DNA of 32,846 bases from positions 1 through 32,846 of the forward strand of contig CAJWGC010000001.1 of assembly GCA_913031525.1 (NCBI GenBank), given 5' to 3'. Numbering within the stretch: position 1 is the first letter of the stretch; every line of letters begins with the position of its first letter. A program made the position numbers and the translations under genes. Origin of the DNA: an uncultured Acidimicrobiia bacterium. Lineage in GTDB: Bacteria; Actinomycetota; Acidimicrobiia; Spongiisociales; UBA5794. The notes beneath the pieces were generated by a model that saw only the letters and a program-made list of their open reading frames with translations, ran no database searches and was not told where the DNA came from. Of the stretch, positions 8,987 through 16,626 are shown in pieces.

Positions 8987-9958
8987 TTACTCAGCGAGGA
9001 GACGTTTGGGATTCTCTACCATGATGGTGTTCCATTGTTCGTCGACAAGACCCAGATCGCGTTCGAGTATGTCCCGCCCGTAAGAGGCAAGCCAGTCATA
9101 TCCGCTACCACCGTTGGCAAAGAGATCCTTTTTGTAACAAACGTCGTGTGACAATACGACCTGTTCGATATGGCCTCTATCAACGAGTGTCCTTAGATGG
9201 CTCAACAGTCGATTTCGATGAAATTCACTCATAGCAGGAAGATCACCCATCCTGTCGAAAGAAACTGATGCCCCACGGCGAGCGATTGCCTCGTGATACT
9301 CGGTCCTGGGAAAAAGGCCGGAGTGGGCCACAGTCACACGTCGCAAATCAACACCTTCCTGCTCAAGAACATCGAGCTGTTCCAAACCACCTATACCTGC
9401 TGTGGAGTGGGTGGTAAGGCCAAGACCAGTCTTAACTTGAGCTCTGGCCGAAGCCCGGAGCACTCGCTCCTCGATTGCCGATAACCAGTTATAGCGAGCT
9501 CCGATTTCACCGATATGACCAGCTCGTACGCTCGTACCATCGATACCTACCTCAATCTCGTTGATGATTTCCTCTGCTAAATCGTTGGTCGCCATCTTCC
9601 ACAATCTCTTGGGGTAATAGCTCTCGTGATACCACCCGGCACCGAGCACAATGTTGATACCGCTGGTCTCTGAAGCACATCGCATCGCCTCGGCATGCGC
9701 AACGTGGTTCAAATCTTCGTCGTAAAGCAGATGCTTATCGTGTCCGCGAAGCCCACCAGATGTGAGATCGACAAGCGTGCTCCCGCCGGAGGCAGCAAAT
9801 CGGTGCAACTCGACGTCTGCCAGCTCCATATCATTAAGGATATTGTCAAAGATCCACGCGTCACGCATCAGATCCAGAAATACGTGTTCGTGCATGAGGG
9901 TAAACCCAAGATCATTGACATCGATCGGGCCGGTTACCGTCATTACCGTTTTTGCCAC
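8987..9958 (-). CDS. Phosphotriesterase-family (PTE/PHP, lactonase-like) TIM-barrel metallohydrolase
   Basis: The N-terminal GFTLMHEHVFLDL carries the HxH motif. Other motifs are GGSTLVDLT, GEIG, THS/TH and SHD. I place the start at GTG 9958, with GGAGAGG 5 nt upstream. ATG 9943 is an alternative. ORF-track 10033 overlaps the upstream gene. Confidence 0.8.
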   Translation of the reverse strand: MAKTVMTVTGPIDVNDLGFTLMHEHVFLDLMRDAWIFDNILNDMELADVELHRFAASGGSTLVDLTSGGLRGHDKHLLYDEDLNHVAHAEAMRCASETSGINIVLGAGWYHESYYPKRLWKMATNDLAEEIINEIEVGIDGTSVRAGHIGEIGARYNWLSAIEERVLRASARAQVKTGLGLTTHSTAGIGGLEQLDVLEQEGVDLRRVTVAHSGLFPRTEYHEAIARRGASVSFDRMGDLPAMSEFHRNRLLSHLRTLVDRGHIEQVVLSHDVCYKKDLFANGGSGYDWLASYGRDILERDLGLVDEQWNTIMVENPKRLLAE

Positions 9959-9996
9959 GAAATCCTCTCCATCGTTTGGCACTGAGTGACTGTTCT

Positions 9997-10449
9997 TCAG
10001 TCGTAGAATCGATACACCGCCTGAAGGGCACAAGCCGGCTTCTTCTCATCTTCGATCTCGACGAGCAGATCAGAGGTGACCTGAAAACCGCCTTCAACCG
10101 AATCAACTTTGGACAGTGTTCCAGTCAATCGAATCCGCGATCCCACACGTACCGGAGCCGGAAAACGGACCTTATTGAGTCCGTAGTTAATCGTCATCGA
10201 AGTTCTCTCAACAGTAACTAGCTCTGACCAAAGAGAAACCACAAGGGAAAGAGTCATATAGCCATGAGCAATCGTCGTTCCAAACGGCCCCTTCTTGGCT
10301 CGATCAGCGTCGACGTGAATCCATTGGTGGTCTCTTGTAGCGTCCGCGAATAAGTCGATGTCGTCCTGCCGGATCTCGATCCATGAACTTGGGCCAAGAT
10401 TGGTGCCGGCTAGAGGAAGTAAACCCGCCGGAGTCTGCACGTTGATCAC
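9997..10449 (-). CDS. MaoC-like (R)-specific enoyl-CoA hydratase / hot-dog fold dehydratase
   Basis: The sequence DIDLFADATRDHQWIHVDADRAKKGPFGTTIAHGYMTLSL is the MaoC dehydratase signature. I prefer GTG 10449 as the start (GGAGAA 9 nt upstream, giving the usual roughly 150 aa). The ORF track extends to a TTG at 10560, so the start is uncertain. Confidence 0.75.
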   Translation of the reverse strand: MINVQTPAGLLPLAGTNLGPSSWIEIRQDDIDLFADATRDHQWIHVDADRAKKGPFGTTIAHGYMTLSLVVSLWSELVTVERTSMTINYGLNKVRFPAPVRVGSRIRLTGTLSKVDSVEGGFQVTSDLLVEIEDEKKPACALQAVYRFYD

Positions 10450-10709
10450 TACTGCCGCTTCTCCATATCGAAGAACCGAATCATGCCTCAGAAGAACAAC
10501 CGATGCAATGTCGACCGCGTTTAAAGCTGGAGATAGCTGCCTCTCAGTGCGAAAAGGCAATCAAATAAACACGTTTCTATCTGATTTTGCGGCACAGTCG
10601 GGAAAAACTAAGAAGTCATTGTCGAAAAATAGATCCAATGCTCAATCGTGCGCAGTTGTATTCGTGGAAGTGATGCGATAACGATAAATGTTGGCTCGAG
10701 CCCGCAACT

Positions 10710-11498
10710 CTATCGAACGGTATCCGTTATGAGAACAAGCGGACAACCTCGCGTTGGGTGCTCGGCGACAGTCATGGTCTGGCCATAAACGTCACTGAGT
10801 AGGCCCGCGCGCAGGACTTCACCAGGAGACCCTTCGTCTTCCACGATCGATTCGTTCATCAGCACAATCCGATCCGCATAGAATGCCGCAGCGTTTAGAT
10901 CGTGCAGAACAGCAATGACACATGCACCTTCTGCAGCAAGCTGCCTCATCTCTCTTAACACTCGCTCCTGGTGCGCTACGTCCAATGCTGTGGTCGGTTC
11001 GTCCAGGAGTACAAGTGGTGCAGCCTGGGCAAAAACACGTGCCATGACGACCCGGGTTTGTTCCCCCCCACTCAAGGTTGCGAATGTGCGTCCGGCAAGA
11101 TGCAAGGTGTCAGTTCGGCCCATGGCAGACCGAATAGCAGCACGTTCCGAATCACGCGAAGCATTCTCATCATTTCGATGTGGATGTCGGCCCATCTTGA
11201 CTACTGCTAGAGCCGTAAACGGAATGTCCCTGATCCCTCCTTGACGCATCATGGATCGCACCTTTGCAAGTTCACGAGGAACTGCAGAACAGACATCAAC
11301 CTTGTTGACTGTAATGCTCCCCGCATCTGGCAGTAAGTCACCAGCAAGAAGACGCAATAACGTCGTCTTTCCGGCACCGTTCGGTCCAAGAATGGCGATC
11401 ACTTCGCCGGGGCGGGCCACGAGATCAACATGTTCGACCAGCGTTATATCGCCAACCCGATATGTCACACCCTCTGCAATCAGGATCGGATCAGGCAT
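10710..11498 (-). CDS. ABC transporter ATP-binding protein, iron-siderophore/heme/cobalamin (FecE/HmuV) type
   Basis: Walker A is GPNGAGKTTLL, the signature is LSGGEQ, Walker B is LVLLDEPTTALD and the H-loop is VLHDL. The start at ATG 11498 (MPDPILIAEG) overlaps the permease stop by 8 nt. Confidence 0.9.
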   Translation of the reverse strand: MPDPILIAEGVTYRVGDITLVEHVDLVARPGEVIAILGPNGAGKTTLLRLLAGDLLPDAGSITVNKVDVCSAVPRELAKVRSMMRQGGIRDIPFTALAVVKMGRHPHRNDENASRDSERAAIRSAMGRTDTLHLAGRTFATLSGGEQTRVVMARVFAQAAPLVLLDEPTTALDVAHQERVLREMRQLAAEGACVIAVLHDLNAAAFYADRIVLMNESIVEDEGSPGEVLRAGLLSDVYGQTMTVAEHPTRGCPLVLITDTVR

Positions 11499-12525
11499 CT
11501 TGACTGTCCTTACGTAATAGCAACCACAGAAAGACAGGTCCACCTATCACTGCTGTGACCAATCCCACGGGAATCTCAATAGGGGATAGAAGCGTGCGGG
11601 CAAGGAGATCTGCAAGCACCACGAAGACCCCGCCACCAATCATCGATGCGAACAGCAGATATCGGTGTTTGGAGCCGACGATCGGTCGCATTAAGAACGG
11701 AACCAGGAGTCCGACAAAAACGACAACGCCGCTGAGACCAACTGTCACGCCGACCGCAGCGCCGCATCCGATGAGAACAACCGTAGTTACGAGATTCGTA
11801 TCAACACCGAGATGGCGAGCCTCGATCTCACCCAGACTGAGAAGATCAAGGTTACGAGCTGACGCGAGAAGGCCTCCGATCGCGACGGCAAGAACCACTG
11901 ATGCCGTGCCTAACGCGAGCCAAGTCGCTCCCGACAGACTCCCCAGAAGCCAGAATTCTATTGGTGGAACGACGGATCGGTCAGCTCCGAACACTACAAA
12001 GCCGACAAATGCGCTCAGCATGGCCCCAAGAGCCACACCCAACAGGACAATTCTCGTCGGATCGATCGTACTTCGGCGTACGAGTCCTCGTAGTACGAAA
12101 GATGTAGCAATGCCAGCAACGAAACCACCGGCAATCGCCCCACGAATACCCCCAGCAATAGCTCCTAAGGCAGCTCCAATGGAAGCTCCAGGGCCTATAC
12201 CGAGGAGATGCGGGTCAGCAAGTTCATTTCTGAGTAGGCCTTGGAGAACTGCACCAACCAGACCGAGCGTTGCACCTACGAGAAACCCAAGTAGGACTCG
12301 TGGCACTCGAATGCCCCACACCACAGCATCCGCTTGCACCGACGCTTCGCCAAAACCGACTTTGGCTAATAGAACGGAGACCACATCAGAGATCGATATG
12401 TCCACCGCGCCAATCGCGAGTGAAATAAAGATGGAGCCAAGAGAGAAGACAGTGGCAAGAGGCCAAAACCATGCTCTGCGACTGAAATGCGGATCGGCAG
12501 CTTTGAGCCAGGATTCGTCTTTCAA
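11491..12525 (-). CDS. FecCD-family ABC transporter permease
   Basis: It is 344 aa and highly hydrophobic, with about 9-10 predicted TM segments and the Gly/Ala-rich FecCD-type pattern (GIRVPRVLLGFLVGATLGLVGAVLQ). Its start overlaps the stop of the binding-protein gene (ATGA type). Confidence 0.88.
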   Translation of the reverse strand: MKDESWLKAADPHFSRRAWFWPLATVFSLGSIFISLAIGAVDISISDVVSVLLAKVGFGEASVQADAVVWGIRVPRVLLGFLVGATLGLVGAVLQGLLRNELADPHLLGIGPGASIGAALGAIAGGIRGAIAGGFVAGIATSFVLRGLVRRSTIDPTRIVLLGVALGAMLSAFVGFVVFGADRSVVPPIEFWLLGSLSGATWLALGTASVVLAVAIGGLLASARNLDLLSLGEIEARHLGVDTNLVTTVVLIGCGAAVGVTVGLSGVVVFVGLLVPFLMRPIVGSKHRYLLFASMIGGGVFVVLADLLARTLLSPIEIPVGLVTAVIGGPVFLWLLLRKDSQDA

Positions 12526-13550
12526 TTGGCAAGGTCCGGATAGAGATCATCGATGAACTCGCTCAGAGCCATGCCAACGCGGGGACCGAGGTTGATGAAA
12601 TATGCCTCTCCATAAGCGAGGAACGCTCGGTTCTGACCCGCTGGCGTTTCGGCAATCCCCGGGATCTCTAGAAGAGTATCGACACCCCCAAGTCCTTCGA
12701 GTCCTGACTTCGATAGAACAATCACATCGGGCATGGCCGCAATAAGCGCCTCAGGTGTAAGAGTTATGGCTCCCTCTCCAAGTGCTGCACCAACATCGAT
12801 CGCTCCCGCACCTTCGATCATGGCTTGAGTTGGAAGACCCTTTCCGAAGAGAAAAAGAACTGACGGGCCGCGAACGTAGAGATAAGCGACGCGATACTTC
12901 TCCGAGGCTTGTGCTGCTCGGTTCTGTGCCTCAGCGATTTCGGACATAACTCGTTGTGACAGTTCCTCCCCTGCTTCGATCACTCCGAGCACTCCAGCGA
13001 CCTGCATGATCTTTTCCTCAACACCTGCAAGCGAATTCTGATACTTAAAGATGACGACAGGAACTCCCGCGTTCCGTAGTTGTTCAATAGTCTCGATCGG
13101 CTGGATCGACTCGTCACCGAGTACGAGAGTCGGCTCGTAGCGGAGTACCGATTCGGCGGCCAGTGCCTGACCGAATCCGACGCTGCGACCGGATGTTTTG
13201 AGATCGTTTGCCGCAGGAGGGTACGTAGTGGTTATGTCCACGGCGACCACTCTGTCGCCGAGCCCAAGTTCAAAGATAATTTCGGTGATATCTCCGGTAA
13301 GAGACACGATCCTTGATGTGTCCGTCACCGTCGTTACGACGCCGTCAGCTCCGAGGAATATTCCTTCCTCCAAAAGCGTAGAAGTTGTCGTATCAGCGAC
13401 CACGCTCGACGAGGTCGGCTTTGTTGGTTCCAACGCTGTGTTATCCGAAGCGCATGCGGTTACTACGAACGCTATACCGATCACGAGAGTAACCAATCGA
13501 TACTGAGTGGAACATCTAGACGCCACAGCTCTACCCGGATCTAGCAGCAA
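12522..13550 (-). CDS. ABC transporter substrate-binding lipoprotein, class III (HmuT/FecB/BtuF-like)
   Basis: The lipobox VVTAC follows a hydrophobic signal segment. A Thr/Ser-rich linker and a periplasmic-binding-protein-2-like body follow (RVVAVD..TTTYP, EPTLVLGD, PDVIVLS). The start is uncertain: TTG 13550 or GTG 13526. Confidence 0.82.
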   Translation of the reverse strand: MLLDPGRAVASRCSTQYRLVTLVIGIAFVVTACASDNTALEPTKPTSSSVVADTTTSTLLEEGIFLGADGVVTTVTDTSRIVSLTGDITEIIFELGLGDRVVAVDITTTYPPAANDLKTSGRSVGFGQALAAESVLRYEPTLVLGDESIQPIETIEQLRNAGVPVVIFKYQNSLAGVEEKIMQVAGVLGVIEAGEELSQRVMSEIAEAQNRAAQASEKYRVAYLYVRGPSVLFLFGKGLPTQAMIEGAGAIDVGAALGEGAITLTPEALIAAMPDVIVLSKSGLEGLGGVDTLLEIPGIAETPAGQNRAFLAYGEAYFINLGPRVGMALSEFIDDLYPDLAN

Positions 13551-13635
13551 CTACGCGCTGGTGAAAAGACAACCGCATTAACTCCTTCATCCCCGATAAC
13601 TCGAAAGCCTATCGAGACGAGAAAATAACCAACCA

Positions 13636-13664
13636 ACTTGTTGATGTACGGTACATCAACAAGT
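13636..13664 (-). terminator. Perfect 14+14 inverted repeat (ACTTGTTGATGTAC-G-GTACATCAACAAGT), probably the intrinsic terminator of the lipoprotein gene; an operator is the alternative
   Basis: The arms are perfectly complementary with a 1-nt centre. The repeat lies 45 nt downstream of the stop at 13709. On the minus strand it is followed by TTGGTTGGTTATTTTCT, which is T-rich. Confidence 0.5.
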
Positions 13665-13708
13665 AATGCTGGTACGCAACATTTCAGCAGAAGGCGAGAA
13701 ACAGTTCA

Positions 13709-14281
13709 TCAGGGACAGCCAACCCGAGCCAATTCCATCACCTCACAGAAGAACTCTCTACTTATCTGCCACTCGCCGTCGATCAAAACAGCCTCACCCG
13801 CGAGATCTGCATAGGTAACGTTCCCCCCAAACAAGAACGAGTAGGTGACCTGAGCGTTATCTCCATTGATTTCGACGCTATCCGCCTGAAGGGTGATACC
13901 GCCCATACTGGCGCCTACGGCTGCGTACTGCTCGATGGTACCTTGTAGACCACTCGAGTCCGTGATAAACGGCGCCTTCTCGTCATATCCACTCGCACTG
14001 TCAAAGACAACGACATACATCTCAGTAATCGCGGCAACATCAGGATCAACATCTGATGTTTCGACCTCGCTGGATACCTCTGCAGTCGTGGTTGTAACCG
14101 CTTGCGTGGTGGTAACCGCTTGCGTGGTGGTAACCGCTTGCGTGGTGGTAACCGCTTGCGTGGTTGTAACCGCTTGCGTGGTGGTAACCGCTTGCGTGGT
14201 CGTCGAGACGGCTTCCTCCGAAGTACCACAAGCCACAGCTAAGACAGCAGAACAAGCTATCCACGCAACTGACCTTCTCAT
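13709..14281 (-). CDS. Secreted lipoprotein of unknown function with a (TTQAVT)x6 linker and a roughly 110-aa C-terminal domain
   Basis: MRRSVAWIACSAVLAVAC is a signal peptide plus lipobox. GGAG lies 7 nt upstream of ATG 14281; the ORF-track start at 14293 is a TTG. The C-terminal domain has two Cys near its end (FFCEVMELARVGCP). Confidence 0.8.
   Translation of the reverse strand: MRRSVAWIACSAVLAVACGTSEEAVSTTTQAVTTTQAVTTTQAVTTTQAVTTTQAVTTTQAVTTTTAEVSSEVETSDVDPDVAAITEMYVVVFDSASGYDEKAPFITDSSGLQGTIEQYAAVGASMGGITLQADSVEINGDNAQVTYSFLFGGNVTYADLAGEAVLIDGEWQISREFFCEVMELARVGCP
14094..14201. repeat. Six head-to-tail copies of the 18-bp unit GTAACCGCTTGCGTGGTG, in frame within the lipoprotein gene
   Basis: Copies start at 14094, 14112, 14130, 14148, 14166 and 14184. 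Only the last base of the unit varies (G/T/C). A degenerate copy lies at 14076-14093. Confidence 0.95.
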
Positions 14282-14603
14282 TTGCAACTCCAATCCTTGA
14301 GTTTCCTTAAAAGCAAAACAGCGTGAGTTTTAACAGTCTTGCTCTCTGACAGCATGTCGGGTAACCACTAAAGAATTGAAGAGACCTCCAGCTGAACGAA
14401 AAAATCCTCATCCATCAGCTAAGGGCCCATATCTAGCACTGTCCATAGCTGAAAGAACTCGCCCCAAAGCGGTACACGTACATCTTGATAACCAGTGACT
14501 CTCGATGAAGTACGTGGTCAAGCTCGCGCGGACTCAATCTGAACTAAAGGCTATTGGGTTGACTAGCAATAGCTGGAATGTCGTGCGAGATGAGCAATGC
14601 TGG

Positions 14604-14681
<78 letters not shown>

Positions 14682-14789
14682 TCGCATAGCGAAAACGCTT
14701 ACAGAACGTAAGGGTACTCTTGACCAGACGGGTAGAAAAGTGTTGCAGTCAAGTGATCAAGTAGTCCTGAAACAGTGAACTAACTACCG

Positions 14790-14880
14790 CGGAGGGAGAG
14801 GGATTCGAACCCTCGAGGCAGCTCACACCGCCTACACGCTTTCCAGGCGTGCGCACTAGGCCAGACTATGCGATCCCTCC
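14790..14880 (-). tRNA. tRNA-Ser (anticodon GGA), class II with long variable arm
   Basis: The reverse complement runs GGAGGGATCGCATAGTCTGGCC..CACGC-CTGGAAA-GCGTG..GAGGGTTCGAATCCCTC-TCCCTCC-G. No CCA is encoded. Confidence 0.95.
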
Positions 14881-14907
14881 TAGGGTCAGGGATTGTAGGA
14901 GGCAACG

Positions 14908-15381
14908 TTGTCTACTGATTTGAAATTGATTTGGGAACAAGCAATGCGCGCGGCTCTCGCGGAGGCGAGAAAAGCAGCTGTCTCAGGTGATGTACCGGTA
15001 GGTTCTGTTCTGCTCAATCAGAATAAAGAAGTCGTGGCTGCAGGGCACAACAGTCGCGAAGTCGGTAGCGACGCTACAGCACATGCCGAAATGATCGTTC
15101 TACGCAAGGCATCGCACCAAGCGGGTAATTGGCGCCTTACCGGATATACGTTGATAGTCACTCTCGAGCCTTGCGCAATGTGCGCCATGGCCGCAGTCTG
15201 GGCGAGAATCGACCGTATTGTCTACGGCACATCTGATGCCAAAGCCGGTGCCGTATGGTCTCTTTATAACATTCCGCAGGATCAGCGGTTGAACCATCAA
15301 ATAAAGGTGACACACGGAGTACTTAAAAATGAATGTCGAAACATAATGTCTGAGTTCTTTCAGGGGAAGCGTGACTTCTAA
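14908..15381 (+). CDS. tadA: tRNA-specific adenosine deaminase TadA (CDA fold, A34-to-I34 on tRNA-Arg ACG)
   Basis: Zinc-site motifs are HAEM and PCAMCAMA. At 157 aa it has the TadA-type length. The start is TTG, with GGAGG 5 nt upstream. Confidence 0.9.
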   Translation: MSTDLKLIWEQAMRAALAEARKAAVSGDVPVGSVLLNQNKEVVAAGHNSREVGSDATAHAEMIVLRKASHQAGNWRLTGYTLIVTLEPCAMCAMAAVWARIDRIVYGTSDAKAGAVWSLYNIPQDQRLNHQIKVTHGVLKNECRNIMSEFFQGKRDF

Positions 15382-15395
15382 TCTGAGCTGCCATA

Positions 15396-15484
15396 GGAGG
15401 GATGGCCGAGCGGACGAAGGCGGCAGTCTCGAAAACTGTTGAACCGGTTTTCCGGTTCCGAGGGTTCGAATCCCTCTCCCTCCG
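15396..15484 (+). tRNA. tRNA-Ser (anticodon CGA)
   Basis: The sequence is GGAGGGATGGCCGAGCGGACGAAGGCGGCAGT-CTCGAAA-ACTGT..long variable arm..GAGGGTTCGAATCCCTC-TCCCTCC-G. It starts 14 nt after the tadA stop. Confidence 0.95.
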
Positions 15485-15602
15485 CGGTCATTACCTAGAA
15501 GATCTGATGCTTTCAGTAGCGATACACGGCCTCTCGCTACTACCAGCCTCACAAAAATCAACGCCGTCAGACTTGTAGGGCTTTCCGAAACTACTACCAA
15601 GA

Positions 15603-15800
15603 TCAGATACTGGAAATAATCGAGATACCAATCAATACCAAAATCCACAGCACAAGAAGTAACGACGCACCAACGATTACCCATGCAATAGACAGAGACA
15701 ATGCCTTGAAGAAAAGCCATAGGCGGCCGATCTCATATTCATCGTCGCCGCCAACAATATCAGCGAGTTCTTTCTCTTCTGGTTGACCACAATCTGCCAT
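15603..15800 (-). CDS. Possible small membrane protein (65 aa: acidic N-terminus, two hydrophobic segments), doubtful
   Basis: The ORF lies between two tRNA-Ser genes. The C-terminal 40 aa are hydrophobic (LWLFFKALSLSIAWVIVGASLLLVLWILVLIGISII). No SD is visible and I recognise no family. Confidence 0.25.
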   Translation of the reverse strand: MADCGQPEEKELADIVGGDDEYEIGRLWLFFKALSLSIAWVIVGASLLLVLWILVLIGISIISSI

Positions 15801-15868
15801 CAGGAAGTCAAAGTAGCGAACAAGGTCCTCACGATCGAGACGTTACTGCCTGATAACCTTCGCTTCAG

Positions 15869-15960
<92 letters not shown>

Positions 15961-16138
15961 GAACAATCCAGGCTCAACGCTGTCTTGAAAGATGATTGCA
16001 TGACTGGCTTTTTTCATGCCTGCTTCGACTAGAACAATTCCGAAAACCACATAAGAGGGCTAGAAGAGAAAGGCTTGTCAGCGCTCTACCTCCTCAGATC
16101 TCATACGATGCGGCCAATGCGGCGGTAGGGTTCTTCTC

Positions 16139-16226
16139 GGAGGGATGGCCGAGCGGACGAAGGCGACAGTCTTGAAAACTGTTGAATCCCATGCGGGTTC
16201 CGAGGGTTCGAATCCCTCTCCCTCCG
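16139..16226 (+). tRNA. tRNA-Ser (anticodon UGA)
   Basis: The sequence is GGAGGGATGGCCGAGCGGACGAAGGCGACAGT-CTTGAAA-ACTGT..GAGGGTTCGAATCCCTC-TCCCTCC-G. It is near-identical to the CGA isoacceptor outside the anticodon and variable arm. Confidence 0.95.
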
Positions 16227-16351
16227 CGGTAGTTACGAAAATCTCAGACGGAAAGGCGATCAGCGACATCACGACCACCTTCTCAGTAGTCGATAATCGC
16301 TAAATCCTGATAGCCCTGACATTCAGACCTTCTCGCTCAGGTACGATGGCA

Positions 16352-16626
16352 TTAACCGTGCTAAGCGGGGCGCTAGGGGTGCCCTGTACCCGAAATCCTC
16401 TTATGCGGGGCCTAATCCCCCGTCCGAGGATGAACGCCTTTCGGGCAGCACCGGGAAACGTCGACGATGAAGGCCGGGTCCTGCGCAGCGGGGCCCCGTG
16501 AACCGGGTCAGGTCCGGAAGGAAGCAGCCCTAAGCGAGCAGCCTCGGGTGCCGCAGGAGCGCCGGGCTGGAGTCGACGGCCCGGAACGCGCCGGCGGGCC
16601 GACATTCAAGGACGGGGTGCACGGCA
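16352..16626 (+). ncRNA. ffs: Signal recognition particle RNA (ffs), apparently the long Alu-domain-containing type; ends approximate
   Basis: The universal helix-8 core GTGAACCGGGTCAGGTCCGGAAGGAAGCAGCCCTAAGC lies at 16498-16535, with a GGAA tetraloop. Nested long-range pairings surround it: TCCTGCG 16479-85 with CGCAGGA 16552-58, CGTCGAC 16459-65 with GTCGACG 16572-78, CCCCGTCC 16418-25 with GGACGGGG 16610-17, and CCGTGC 16356-61 with GCACGG 16619-24. GC content rises sharply here relative to the flanks. Confidence 0.8.

Noticed and set aside
8622-9083. 153-aa plus-strand ORF spanning the 206-bp gap between the dehydratase and PTE genes
   Set aside because: It is mostly antisense to the two flanking genes, with Ser/Arg/Asn-rich low complexity and no SD. 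The gap itself contains an 8-bp-stem hairpin (AGGACCGT..ACGGTCCT, around 8861-8887) that I could not assign to anything specific.
11555-12556. 333-aa plus-strand ORF antisense to the FecCD permease
   Set aside because: It is a Pro/Arg/Thr/Ser-rich shadow ORF opposite a well-supported hydrophobic permease gene, with no domain signature.
13551-13708. Cobalamin or other riboswitch, or an IdeR/DtxR iron box, in the leader of the ABC importer
   Set aside because: I could find no B12-box-like sequence and nothing resembling the iron-box palindrome as I remember it. The only strong element is the palindrome reported separately. A covariance-model scan would be needed to exclude riboswitches properly.
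14094-14201. Possible CRISPR or regulatory repeat array
   Set aside because: The units are contiguous with no spacers, are 18 bp long (a multiple of three), and sit in frame inside a CDS. This is a coding tandem repeat.
13893-14300. Alternative-frame ORFs through the 18-bp repeat, including the VVVTAC and PPRKRL repeat proteins
   Set aside because: They are repeat-driven open frames. Only the minus-strand frame with a signal peptide, lipobox, SD and a non-repetitive C-terminal domain makes a coherent protein.
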